Below are positions 47,501 through 59,923 of a DNA stretch of 64,000 nt, one piece after another (within the stretch, counting starts at the first letter, position 1; every line of letters starts with the position of its first letter). The notes under the pieces are model-generated. The model was not told the origin of the DNA. It was given only the letters and a program-made list of their open reading frames with translations, and searched no databases. Where the stretch lies: positions 3,472,001-3,536,000 of the forward strand of contig OX337231.1 of NCBI GenBank assembly GCA_946965045.2, in the 5' to 3' direction. The position numbers and the translations under genes were made by a program. The DNA is from Epithemia pelagica. Its lineage: Eukaryota; Protista; Bacillariophyta.

Positions 47501-49479
47501 CTGGACAACGCCTTTTTCAATTAAGTGGCCCTGCTCCTGGTTATCGTACTTCGTCCTTCAGGTCGGAGAGTTATGGAATGCTTGCATTGCTACGTGCCGT
47601 GATTCATCTTACGACGTCTTATGGCTTCAGTCTTCCGACACGATTAATCTTTTATACCGATTCCAAAAGTTTGATCAATACCGTGGAAAAGCGACTGGAA
47701 TGGGTTTACGACTTCCTATACTCTACGATGGAAGCAGACTGGGACATCCAACAATCGATCAGTACATCTATCAAACAATTCCCTGAAACTCCAAGTTTCT
47801 TACATGTTCGGGGCCACCAAGATCGTCTGCGACCATATCCAACACTGACCCTTGCTGCCCAGCTCAATGTAGACGCTGACCGATTGGCAGACTTATACGA
47901 ATACCCGCCTACTTTCTCATCGACACATGTCTCTCTTATCACAGGCAGCCAAGCCATACTTCATTCTCCCAAAGGGACTATCAATTCAAATTACCGCTCT
48001 ATTCTACGCTACCTCTCTACATGGAAAGCTTTACGCCAATACTTATGCAATCGCAACGAATGGTCGCTCGAGACTTTCGAGATGATTGATTGGACGTCAC
48101 ACGGACGCGCTATCACGACTGTTTTCACCCGTCGACAATTCCATATCAAGTTTCTCCATGATTGGCTTCCACTTGGCTATCTTTGTTCTCGTTATGCCAC
48201 TTACTACACAGAAACATGCCCCCTCTGCACTCCCTCTGTTGTCGAGACTCGCACTCACTTTCTTTGTTGTCCCCATCGACAATGGAAAGGACCTCTTCTT
48301 GATGAACTGCAAGATTTCTGGCGTCTCCAATCCCTCGACCCAACTCTGAACCTACTACTTGTGGAAATTATTCACTCTTGGCTCGCCAACGTTCCACCGT
48401 CTTTTCCCACCCTCTCCCTCTCATATCAATCGCTGGTAACTCAACAACAACTTATCGGATATGCTCACATCTTTTTCGGCCGCTTCACTATTCAATGGCG
48501 CAATCTTCAAGACAACTATCTCTCCACCAGCCATCAACATTCACGCACAGTCTCCGGGACTCATTTTGTTACTGGCACAATTAAACTCTTATGGAAACAT
48601 ATCCATGCTCTATGGATCACCCGAAACCACAACCTTCATGGTAATTCACCCCAAACAGTTGAAGCCGCATCTTACGCCCAAGCACAACGCGAGGTCACGA
48701 CTTTATACGAATTCCGCACCCGTCTCCCGCCCTCTGAACGCGATATTTTCTACTCGTCTCCCGCTGCTCATTTCGCAGCGGAAACTACTGCTGTTTCTCT
48801 TCGCTCTTGGATCAATACCTGGCGCCCTGTCATTCTCAGGGATACTGCCCCACCCTTGTAACCGATTTCTACTCTCTGTCCCGTCCTCACAACTTGTCCC
48901 GTCATGTTTAGTCCTCGCTCCTCATTTTGTGTGGAGCCGGGCGCGTCGGTCGACGTCACCCTAGCGGGTGCGCGCGGCAGCGTTAAAATAGACTGTACCT
49001 TTTTTTTCCTGTTGCCTGTTGCATGTCATTCACTTGCTCCGCACTGGTCATTGCTGACCCTGTGTCATTCATTTGCTCCACACTGCCTTCCACAATGTCT
49101 GATTACAATGATAATGATGACTCATCAAAGGTGGAAGAGCTTGATATGGCACTCCGAAGGCCACTCAGAAAAAGAAGGTTCTCTCGGATGGATACAACAG
49201 GCCACCCATCATTGTATCATACAGAGGAGAGGATATTGATATAACCCAAAAGTATAAAAATGCTACAGAAAAAGTATATGTTCCTTCTTCGGAGAAGAAA
49301 GAATTGGGAACATGTGTCCTCACCATAAGATAGATTCACTAGCTTCTAGCTAAGTATTTTCATCCTGTTAGCACAGGTAGTCTTTTCTCCAGCTGGAGGC
49401 GCTTACCTAGCTCCAGCAGAGACGTCTCCAGCGCTTACCTAGCTCCAGCAGAGATGAGCTGTTGCTGGACACAGCTCTA
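44527..49479. mobile_element. Non-autonomous hAT element (about 600 bp once the LINE is removed)
   Basis: Perfect 16-bp TIR TAGAGCTGTGTCCAGC (44527-44542, 49464-49479). 8-bp TSD GAAATCAA at 44519-44526 and 50616-50623, the latter displaced by a later insertion. Subterminal CTCCAGC repeats, including GCGCTTACCTAGCTCCAGCAGAGA x2. Confidence 0.85.
44672..49007 (+). mobile_element. 5'-truncated non-LTR retrotransposon (Ambal-like) with RT, RNase H and a zinc finger
   Basis: RT motifs DYDATACYDRI, GSGQGAGNSP and GFVDD; RNase H CSDGS, RSESYG, YTDS and HVRGHQD; CPLC...H..CC. One in-frame TAG at 46951-46953. TSD CCTGTTGCCTGTTGC (44657-44671, 49008-49022). Confidence 0.88.
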
Positions 49480-49480
49480 G

Positions 49481-50612
49481 TGTCTAGTCTACCGTTGTCC
49501 TCATATGAAGACATATCCTCATATGAGGACAAATTAGGCGCATCTCAGTTCATCGTATTCTTTGTAGCCTAGAGAAAAATGGATGGCACCATCGTTTTCC
49601 TCAGGTTTAGTTTGGTCCTGGTACCGGTTGCCAGGCTTTAATATCTTTGACAAGCATGGCAAAACTTCCCCTGAACACGGCACAACACGCATTGTCTCAA
49701 CAAAAAAAAATTTTCTCCTCTCCTCTCACCAACAATTTTGATACAATGGCACCCTCATCTGACCCCTGTCGTGTTGTTGGAGCCACCATCACTGCAAAGG
49801 CCATACATGTGACAAGTTTGGCTGAGTGCACTCGTAGGTTTGGGAGAAACAACAAGACAAAAGAGGTGACGGGGAAAGTTTTGGAGGTAGTGTTGGAGAG
49901 AACCTCAAGTGGCAGGACAGCAACATTCATTGTTGCAGACTACAACTTTGGAGGTGGCATCTTCAAAAGGAAAAGGTTGAATATCCGGAGCATCAAGGCT
50001 GTGGAGGTGCAAGAATCGACGACAACAACAACATTCTATACAAACCTTTCTGAAGTATTCATTGACAATACGTACGATTATCCAGGACTTGCATCGGCAA
50101 GACGACAGAGTGACGGCCCAAGCCAGAGTGATGGCCCAAGCCCAGAACTGATCAACAGGGTGACAGGAGGGGGACGTTGTGGGATATTTGCGCACTTGAC
50201 TCCAACAAAAAGGAAACGAAAGACTAAAGATGGGAGAATGACAAACCACTCATTGCAAGGACGTTGCCGTGTCTGCAACATGAAAACAAGGTTCACGTGC
50301 TCTATTTGTGGTGATGACCAAGAACGCGGCAACGAACAGTGTGTATGGCTTTGCCACACAGAAACTGGTCGTATGTGCTTTCCTGAGTATGTGAGTAGTG
50401 AACATAATGATGCAGTTGCAGTATAGAGTCCTATAGCAACTCTCTGTTGAATTATATTTAGGATTATACGGCCGTTCACCATGGTCGAAACACAAAAAAA
50501 GAGCAAAGTACAATATATCCTATAGTGGATGGGATTTTGAGGTGAAAAAACACTGTCCTCATATGAGGACAAATGCTGGTTTATATGAGGACAGACACCG
50601 GTAGACTAGACA
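49481..50612 (+). mobile_element. Internally deleted piggyBac-like DNA transposon
   Basis: 14-bp TIR TGTCTAGTCTACCG; CTAG on both flanks; subterminal palindromes GTCCTCATATGAGGAC. ORF 49656-50426 joins a transposase-like N-terminus to a Cys-rich domain (QGRCRVC...CSIC...WLCH...CF) with no catalytic core. Confidence 0.75.
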
Positions 50613-51945
50613 CTAGAAATCAATAAATAGATGGAGCCTTCGCGTCTCTTTTTTCTATTGCCGATTCATCATCATTTAAAGGGTAGAGAATGGCCAGAGA
50701 AGAATCAAGACAGTGGACAGACATAAACGCTGTGGTATGACTTCTTATGACAACAACATCATGATGCATCTCTCTAGCTAGCTAGCCTAAGATTTCGTCG
50801 CTTACTCCTCCTAGCTATCCGCTCTGGGTCGATCGTAAGATCGGGATCCTGCCTACTCATGAAATCATATTCATATCATCAAGTTCTACTGCTAACTGCT
50901 AGGAGTACATGCTAGCGTCGCGCTCTAAAAGGAATATCTATCAAAATCTATAGGAGTAGATTCGATACTGGAACACTGCTTTGTTCGGGCGGCTCTTCTT
51001 CCCGAAGCAGTCGAAAAAACGCGAAGCCAGAAATAGGTGTTCACGGAATCATAAGTAATAGTTCATCTGGTATTCAAGCCACTTTAACAAAGGATTGAGT
51101 GCCTGTTTCTCCATTGTTCGTCTGGCCACTTTTTGTTCCGTATTGCGTATTAGGTATTAGGTTTGAGGTTTGGGGCTGTCAACTGTCAAGGAGAAAGGAG
51201 CCAGAAATCTGGACAATACGACGTTTTTATCCAAGAGGCTGCGAGCTGCGAGATTTTTTAGTGAGGAGGGTGCTCTAAGAATGACCATGAACCATGACGT
51301 CGAGAAGAGAAGCTGCCGGCCATTGACTGCTCCATGAGGTTCGTCGACGTAAATGAAAAGGTCCCCGCCGCTCCTCACGACCACGAATCACGATATCCCA
51401 CCCGCCAAAACCAACAAGGAACAAGGAAGTGGAACGTGCATCTAGCATCTAGCTAGAGCACGTACCGAGCAATAGCGACTTGGGTCGGCTTGTTGAAGTA
51501 GGAGGGCGACACATTCGATCGTCGATCGTCGATTCGAGAGCGAGAGAGATCCCTCTACCTAGTGGAGGAACTGTGCGAGAAACATAGGTCCAAATGCACG
51601 TCAACAGACGTTACCAATCCTCGCTTCTTGGGCACGAAGAATCTCAAGCTCCAAACTACTTGTTGGATCTCCTCGCTTCTTGGGCACAAAGAATCTCTCC
51701 TCAAGAGCTCCAAAATGGAAATCGAGAGGTTTAGCATCGCCTCCTCATTCCGAAAGTGAACCATCGGTGAAAGATGGAATGCAGTCTCTGACCCTGTCTC
51801 TGTAATTAAACGGCTTAGGAAAAGCATAGTCCCGTCCATATTCCACGTAGGAGTAGGTAGACGACCCCAACAATCGATCTCTGCTATTGCTGCTATGGTA
51901 CACGCCGGTAGAGTGGGAGGGAGGGGTAGTCCTTGGATGACACGT

Positions 51946-52031
51946 GACTCGTCTGTCTGTGACACCGTCTAAAGCGACTCGTCTGTCTGTGACACCGTCT
52001 AAAGCGACTCGTCTGTCTGTGACACAGTCTA
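51946..52031. repeat. 30-bp tandem repeat, about 2.9 copies
   Basis: GACTCGTCTGTCTGTGACACCGTCTAAAGC at 51946 and 51976, with a partial copy at 52006. Confidence 0.9.
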
Positions 52032-52322
52032 CATCGAAAAACGTCAGAGCCGCTGTGCAAAAAATCCGGTGAAAGGCCGGAAAAAAACACACCAAGCAAA
52101 CTTTATCGCTCATTCTGATTGGCCCAGGACATTGATTTTCTGGTAAAAACAACTCCTTTTGATACTTTTGGGTTTGGGACTTGGGCATCACCCTGCCAAC
52201 CAGGACAACAACAGAAATAGAACAAATAGAAAGAAGCCAGAGAGGTAGCAGATTTGAGTGTTCACAAAGAGAGAGAGTGTGAGATTGATTGGAGCAAGCA
52301 ATCGTAGTGTGGAATAAGAGTT

Positions 52323-55300
52323 ATGAGTGGAACGACTCCCAAAGCGGTAGGTACTCATCCTGTGGCGTGTGAGAATGTCGTGTTGAAGGCTCGATCTGTC
52401 GTCTGGTGTCATGAAAGATCATTCGCATCTGCAAAGTGAAATGGCTTCTGGCCTCCAGATTGTCATAGACAAATTCGAAACGTCGGGTATTTTCAAATCC
52501 AGAAAAACTGGAGTGCAATCTTTGTTTCTCAGGTGGACGATGGATCACTCACAATCCATTGATGCTTCGTTTCTCGTGGTTTGAATTTACTTTTTCTTCA
52601 GCCGGCTTGGGGATCCGCCAGCAAACCGCCATCGTCCTTGTACAAGGCTGCGGCGGCCCTTCCGAGCAAACCAGCTGCCTCGTCGTCTGCGGGTGGTCGT
52701 ACGGCGAATCGCAACGCGAGTGGAGGACGATCCTCGTCGGGACGGGGTGCAAATGGGAGCAATAACCCTCGCAAAGGAGGAGGAGGAGGAGGCCGTAGTG
52801 GAACCAATGCCTCGGGAGGAAAAGGAGGAGGACGAGGAAACAATAGCAACAACAATAATAATAACAACCAGGGAGGAGGAGGACGCGGTCGAGGAAACTC
52901 GGGTAGAGGAAGAGGCAACAACAACAACAACAATTCCGGAGGTCGCGGATCCAATCCAAACAACAATGCTCGTCGCGAGAGTTACAACAACAAATCGTCT
53001 CCCCAACATCAGCAGGATTCCCAACAACAGCAGCAGCAGCAACAACAACAACAAGACAATGTCCCTCGAACGCCCTGGGAGGAAATTGTCTTGTTGCATA
53101 GTACGGGCATGGGCAATGGGGAAGCGGAAAAATCTGTGGTTCGATGCTCAGTGACTTCCCTCATGACGTGTCGGTTGGACTGTTTGGATGCTCCCTCGGA
53201 ACCCTCGGATCAGACGGGTGATTCGGACATGGTGTGGACGCCCATTTCTCGGTGTGTGTGGACTTCGGATGCGGATCGGCGGCGGACGATTCAAGCCGAT
53301 ATGAATGTCTTGTGGAATTACAAACCCTTGGAAATTGATCATGAAAAGCGATGGAAGAAACCAGTCGATGAAGAAGGAGAAGCACTCCGCCGTGCTGTGG
53401 GCATTCTCAACAAACTCTCGTGGACCACCTTGGAAAAATTGACCTTGTCCTTTTTGGAGGCCATTGGCTTGGCCAATCTCTTGCAACAAGCGGCCACCAC
53501 GGACAATGGTAGCAACGCCAACAATAGTACCAGTCCGTCCAACAAGGACTCTACGAGCCCGGCCGCCGTCAGTTTGGATAAGAAATTGGTCGAAGATAGC
53601 ATGGCCTTGATTTTGGACAAGGCCATGAGTGAACCTCATTTTGCCGAATTGTATGCCCACTTTTCCGCCAAGTTGTTTTCGGTCCACAAAACCTTTCGAC
53701 GATCTCTCTTGGGTTTGTGCGAAGCGCAATTCAAAAATACCGACAATGCCACTACTACGAACAACAGCAAGAGCAATGACGGTGGAGATTCCTCCACGCC
53801 CAATAGTGAGGAAGGCAAGGAAGATGCTGCGACAGTGGAAGCAAAAACGGACGAAGCGGATAAGGAGGAACCAACCATGGATGCGGCCACGGCCGAATAC
53901 AATGCGGCTCTGGCCAAAAAGAAGTATCTGGGCTTGGTTCAATTCATTGGGGAACTCTACAAGCTCAGTGTGATAAAGCCCAAGATTGTCGTCTTTTGTT
54001 TACAAGAATTGTTTGTCAAGGCCGACGAAGAAAAGTTGGAATGTTTTGCCAAACTCATGACGACGATTGGAGAAAAGTTGGACAAGGAAGATTCCATTCG
54101 AGAGGATTTGGCACATGTGTGGGACGATGTCTATTCCATGGCGGGTCGGCCCACTCAAAATACTACCAATGGCCCCAAGGCTCCGAGCAATCGTATCAAG
54201 TTTTTGTTGCAAGATTTGAGTGACTTGCGACAGGGTGGTTGGGTGGAAAGTCAACGACGTCAGGAATCCAAGGCCAAGACGATTGCTCAAATTCATGAGG
54301 AAGTGGCCCTGGAAGAAAAACAACAAAAGCAACAGCAACAAAAACCCAACAAGACACGAATGATTCGATCGCAATCGGCTGGAACCAGCTTGAATAGTCG
54401 ATCCTCCATCACTAGTACTAGTGGCAGTGGTAGCACCTCCACGTTGGATGTTGACGCCGATGGCTTTCAAAAAGTACAAAGCCTCAAACCACCCAAAAAG
54501 ACAGGGTTACGTCGTGTACAATCGGATGTGGCCGCCACTGTGAAATCCAACGCCCCCACCTCGTCCTTGGAACGAGCCTTGGCCGCCACAGTGACTGGTG
54601 CGCCATCCAGTACTACTACTCCTTCGCCACCCGCCGCGTCATCCTTGAACGGACAGGACGAAAAGGCGTCGAATACCGCATCCAAGGAGGATGGGGCCAC
54701 AAAACAGTACTTGTCCCCAGACGAATGTGAAAAGAAAATGGAAAATATATTAAAAGAGTACTTTGTGGGAGGTGATACAGCCGATGCCGTCCTGTCGGTG
54801 GATGAATTGGTGGGCGCCTCTTCCTCTTCCACCACCAGCACGGACGCCGATGTCGTGGCACGCGGTGAGGCGGTCGTTCGTGCCGGTATCTTGTTGGTAT
54901 TGGAACGCAAACACGACGATGTCTCCAAATTCTTGACCGTCCTAAAACATTGTCTTGTGCCGGAAAGCCGTCCTCCCATTGTTCCATGGTCGTGTCTGGC
55001 CTTGGGCTTGTGTTTGCCCTTGGAATTGTTGCGAGATGTGGAAATTGATGCTCCCTTGGCACCCAAACACTTGGCACAGATTGTCGTGGAGTGGATGCGG
55101 TTGCCTCCTGGCAATGACGCATCTCCCACCACCACCACAACAACCACTGGTGGTTTGGATCTGGCACAGTTATTGCTGCAGCAAGCACCCGACTATTTTC
55201 GAAGCGACGGTCGTCCGGCGCAGTTTGCCAAGCAAGTCTTGCAGTCCTATTATCACGAAAAGACGAGCGCCGACATTTCCGACGATCATGTACAACTCGT

Positions 55301-55370
55301 CTCACAACTCCTATCCGAGGACGAACGATGGGAACATTCGAATGTACGCGAATGGATCCTGTCATCCTAG
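52323..55370 (+). CDS. eIF4G: Translation initiation factor 4G-like protein (MIF4G + MA3); probable micro-exon 52323-52346 and main exon 52602-55370
   Basis: GILNKLS...LDKAMSEPHFAELYA...YLGLVQFIGELYK...LECFAKLMTTIG...NRIKFLLQDL.DLR..GW (MIF4G) and ENILKEYFVGGD (MA3). RGG/poly-N N-terminus. The GTAGGT...TTCAG intron is inferred. Confidence 0.88.
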
Positions 55371-56033
55371 TGGCATGTTCCCAGAGAGAGAAAGAGAGAG
55401 GGAGAGAGAGAAGTCTCTGTTGTTCATGGCATTGGTCCATCTCGCAATGGTTGCGACCATTGTTGTATCTCTCTCTCTCTCGTTATAAGACGGAACTGTC
55501 CGTGGAGGAATTATAGACTCAATGACAATCTTGTCGTCGTCGTCGTGGGAATTGGATGGATGCTCTTTTGTTCGAAACCATCCTACAGAGCCCCTATTGT
55601 TTTTCGACGGTCCAAACTCCCCGGAAATCACGTATGTCAAAAAGACAGGGTGCTAGTAGGAACAAGAAGAATACTACAACAGCTAGCTAGCGAATGCAAC
55701 TCCATTGGTTTTGTGTACTCGTAGATGTGTTTGCTCAGGTAGTAGAGTAGAGAAAAATAGAAGAGACGAGGAGCAGAAGGAAGAGCATCTCTCGCTGTTT
55801 AGGCGTTTTGGTGCCAACGAGAAACAGGGAATGCGAAAAGTGCGAGGCTCCCCATCGGAATCCGACGGAGCGTCGCCTGGCGTGAGGAAGAGGTGCAGAC
55901 ATACAATACAATACGTGTCAGCACGCGCGCAGGGCCCCCACCTCGCGAACACGCTTTTGTCTGACCGTAAAATTGTGTGTCCCGTTTGCTCGCATCATTT
56001 TTTTTCGGGTTCTATGACAACGACAACTATGCA

Positions 56034-57473
56034 ATGAAAATGAAGCGAACGCCAACCGACTCCGACTCCTCCTCGACACAACAACAGGAACCACGGGTTC
56101 GTCTTGTTCGTCGTCGTACTCCTCCGAGGAACCTTCAACGTGTCAGAGGAACCATTGTTGCCACATGCATCGTGGCCGCCAGTTTCATGCCGTTCTATCA
56201 CGGATTCGTCGGGTTGGATCCGACAACAACAACTATCGATCGATCTAGGACAACTCTCAAGACTACTTTGCCAGTGGTGCACAACATGCTTCTTCCTCAT
56301 GGCTTGAACTATACTGCTCGGATCGAAACGCCTTCAAAATCCGCCGTCGAGACTGACAACAACAACAGCAACAACAACAAGGAGGAGGAGACGTATGAAA
56401 AGAAATTTGCTCGACTGACCGTGGCCGATCCGAACCAACGAACCTTGTCCTACCGAAAAGGTCTCTTCCAGTTTGGCTTGTGCAATCAAATCATGGCCTT
56501 CACGGCCCTCATCATGTATGCGTACAATCACAATTATACCCAAGTCTTGTTGCCCTCCTTGCACTGGAACGACATGTTTGGCAGTAATCAAGGGATTCCC
56601 CATGAACACTTGTTTGATGTCGTGCATTGGAATCAACACTACGCTGCTGTAAACAACCACCACCCCAACAAACCTCCGCTGCCACGCTTGGTCCTTTTTC
56701 CGAAAAACGATACTGGAGCCATTTCCTCGTTTGCGCATGGCGTGTTCAAGCCCTTGTTCAATGCCAATCTCATTTACAATCGACGGATCGCCCAAGGCGG
56801 ACAAAAACGACATGCATCGGACCAGGCAATTCTACAGGGTGCCCTTCGATCGCATCCTCAATTGCACCGTCTCGTACAGGACACCAAGACGGCCATTCTC
56901 CAGTCGTCGTCCTCCTCTCGTCCGCCAACATCACCAACAAGACGGGGCTATATGTGTTTGCATGCTCGGATTGAACCGGATATGCAAAATCATACGCAAT
57001 GTCTGGACCAAAAAGAACGGAGTCTCCAGCAGATTCTGGCGGCGCTGGTGGCCCATTTTCCGACTCCACCCCATGACCATTTGTTGATTGTCTTGAATCG
57101 CAAACTCCTCGAACAAGCCGAACCGGACGCGAATAATACGAATACCTTGGCACGGCAAAACTTGGCCGTGCTCAATCAAATCCGACGTGAGGGATTGTGG
57201 AATGGAACGGTTCGTGTGCACGAAGCCGGCATTGGCCAATTGCCCCACACCGCGTGGCATGCCCAACACAGTCCGAGTATTGCCGGATCCCTCCTGGATT
57301 ACGAATTGGCCGTGGAATCCAATCTCTTTGTGGGAAGTCCGGTATCGAGCTTTGCCATGCGCATTGTACAAACACGGTATCATCGCAACAAGACCCACAA
57401 TTATCTCTACCTGCCCCACCAAACCCTCCAACGCGTGGATCCCCACCAGGAACCACCACCGTTTGACTGTTGA
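56034..57473 (+). CDS. GDP-fucose O-fucosyltransferase-like type II membrane glycosyltransferase
   Basis: N-terminal TM, GLCNQIM, YMCLHARIEPDM and FVGSPVSSFAMRI motifs. Confidence 0.7.
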   Translation: MKMKRTPTDSDSSSTQQQEPRVRLVRRRTPPRNLQRVRGTIVATCIVAASFMPFYHGFVGLDPTTTTIDRSRTTLKTTLPVVHNMLLPHGLNYTARIETPSKSAVETDNNNSNNNKEEETYEKKFARLTVADPNQRTLSYRKGLFQFGLCNQIMAFTALIMYAYNHNYTQVLLPSLHWNDMFGSNQGIPHEHLFDVVHWNQHYAAVNNHHPNKPPLPRLVLFPKNDTGAISSFAHGVFKPLFNANLIYNRRIAQGGQKRHASDQAILQGALRSHPQLHRLVQDTKTAILQSSSSSRPPTSPTRRGYMCLHARIEPDMQNHTQCLDQKERSLQQILAALVAHFPTPPHDHLLIVLNRKLLEQAEPDANNTNTLARQNLAVLNQIRREGLWNGTVRVHEAGIGQLPHTAWHAQHSPSIAGSLLDYELAVESNLFVGSPVSSFAMRIVQTRYHRNKTHNYLYLPHQTLQRVDPHQEPPPFDC

Positions 57474-57619
57474 GGGAAAAAAAGACAACAACAACCATAC
57501 GAGAGAGAGAACATCCAAGTCCAGGTTCGGACCGTCACTGACAGACAAGAGGCGGCCAATAAACGCCAGGACAAGAACGGCGATACGAACGTATCCCATA
57601 CGGAACATGGGGTGGTACA

Positions 57620-59560
57620 GACCAACATGAGATTGGAAAAGGCTTGATCGACGGATACCTTGGCCCAGTAAGACGAAAAGGACCGCCTTCATGAACTAGA
57701 ACACCCTTGACCACAAAGGCGTACCTTTTTTCAAAGGCGTTTTCCTCGTTCCACCACATGGACCAGCTCTTCGAAGCTCCTCCGGTACACTTCCAAGGAT
57801 CCACTGGAGCCAAATGTTGTAATCTTCCAGGACAACTCGCCACTCGAACGTAAGAGGGTTGAACCAAAAAGGACCTGTAAGGAAAGACATGGAAGCTCAC
57901 CACAGAGACCATGTTCGTCCGAAATACTGTCCTGCATCGGTGTATATCGCAACAAGGATCAAACCAGCCGCAAGCTCGACGCCAAAGTATAGATGGCTAC
58001 TGGCAAAGAAGCGAAACTGTTTGTCCAACGGAGTGTGCTGCGTTACAAAGCCACGTCCAGTTGGTCGGTACTTTGTGCTCCGCCCCCGAAAATGGTTTGT
58101 GCCATGTACGTAGCCTTTGTTTGGATGTGGAACAGGAAATCAAGAGGACCACCCGCTCCAAGCACCAAGAAAATTTCTTGAATACTTGCCCATCAGCCGC
58201 GTTCCACACCAAGCGTGGCGAACAGATTGTCTGCAGCAGACCAAGGCCACCAAGAAGCATCTGAATAGTTCCCAGTCGAGTAATGTTTCGGGTACCAGTT
58301 CGTTCAAGCTCAAACACTGCCAGGGCCGCCATCAAATACACAACAATGTACACGGTGAAAATCGAAAGAACATTGGAGAAGTATGTCCTATACCTCCGTA
58401 GTAGAACGAGTTCAATCGGAAGAAATCCAAACGATGGCACATTTGGTAAACATGTCGAGAAAGACTTTGTTCTCCGGCTCCTTGGCTCAATTTCGCTTCG
58501 AATTTGTAGATCTGCTCATACCAACATCACGGCCTTTTCCGACTTGGACATATTCTTTGTAACCGACAGTTCCACCCCGAATGACGTTACTGTATCCAGC
58601 GAAACTATCTTCGGAAAGATTGATACCTTTGGATGCTTTACTGACTCCTCCTCTTGTCATGAAAAACAGTTTGTCAAATATATCAGGATGACCATAGTGG
58701 AGACGTATGTGCAATGGACGCGTACGCACACGTTGGCCCAACGTCACAAAGGAGATTTCTTGCAATGCCATGTAGTTGGCCAATGAGCTGGCACTTCCAG
58801 TGAAATGTGCTCGCGAAGACCCAGGATCGTGGTGGGAAGCCGCCCCTCTCGTTTCGCGAACTCTTGCAAACAGTTTTCGCATCTTCAAGGCTTCTTCAAA
58901 GTATCCTTCCTGGTTCATATCGATTGTTTGAACAAACTCTCCTCGAGTGAAGATCATCGCATGGTTCAGGTAAAAAAGGTTTCCTTTCACCTATAATCGG
59001 ATTGCCTGGGAGACGCACGCGGTAAATCTCTTTGATAGATACTTTTCCGTCGCTCTTAACCAGGACGGAATAGAACACGGACGCTCCGGAACGGTTTATT
59101 CTTAGGTTGTCAATGTACGCGATTCGCAAATGCGGGAAACGGTGCATGAGAGCTTCGATGTCATCCGCTTTCGAGTCTTGGTTTCTCTTCATGTTTCCGT
59201 AGACTTGGCATGACACAACATGCAAGGTCGTCTGTCGTGTCTTCATCGAGCCGCTCGAGGTTTGTCAGAAGCTGGAGTGCCTTTTCACAATACATCATAC
59301 CGTTTACTGTGCGTGAGAGCTTTTGGCAACGGATACTTTATGTTGAGTCGCTCAAGGAAATTCGCCCAGTCGGCTTTGTATAAAGTCTGCAAATACAAAA
59401 GGGTTGACACTCCCAGGGCATCTGAACGCTTCTCAAGATCATTCTTACTGTACGTGACATCTTCAGAGTAGTAGGGCGTTAATACATTCCGCTTCAGGCA
59501 TGTCAATGAAAAGAGAGTTCACAAAGTACGTCAGAAAAGAGAAAATTTTCATGACACGTT
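57620..59560 (-). pseudogene. Fragmented 1,3-beta-glucan (callose/FKS-type) synthase
   Basis: Fragments in several frames: FVNSLFIDMP, LTPYYSEDV, YVVSCQ-like VVSCQVYG, RIAYID, YRVRLPGNPIIGE, NHAMIFTRGEFVQTIDMNQEGYFEEALKMR, RLHYGHPDIFD, KASKGINLSED, GKGRDVG, PFWFNP. Confidence 0.9.
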
Positions 59561-59923
59561 GTAGAACATGGGATTCGTCCGTGGTATTCTTCCAGTGTTC
59601 CAAGGCATGGTCCAACTCCCACGTGGAGATCTTGCCATCTCCATCCAGATCAAACTCTCCTCCCCAAATCGTTCCAAGGGAAGCGCCAGTTGGTCGGCCG
59701 TCCAACTCACGGTTCCCGGCAAGGACAAGAGAGCGGCCGTCGTCACAGCGTGTGCCACAAACTCGGTCGTGAACCCAGGCGGTGCCACGGCAATCGACGG
59801 ATCCATTCGAGCATGGAGAGAATCGTGGGCATGGAGTGCACCCACACCGAACCTTGGAGAATGGCCAGCATGGCTCCAATCCAAAAGTTGGTCTCCACCT
59901 GGGACAACGGGAGAGGATGCGTT

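Noticed and set aside
44647-50426. Fanzor/TnpB-type RNA-guided nuclease in the TE nest
   Set aside because: No RuvC motif set was seen; the Cys-rich ORF fits a piggyBac C-terminal domain and the others fit RT and RNase H.
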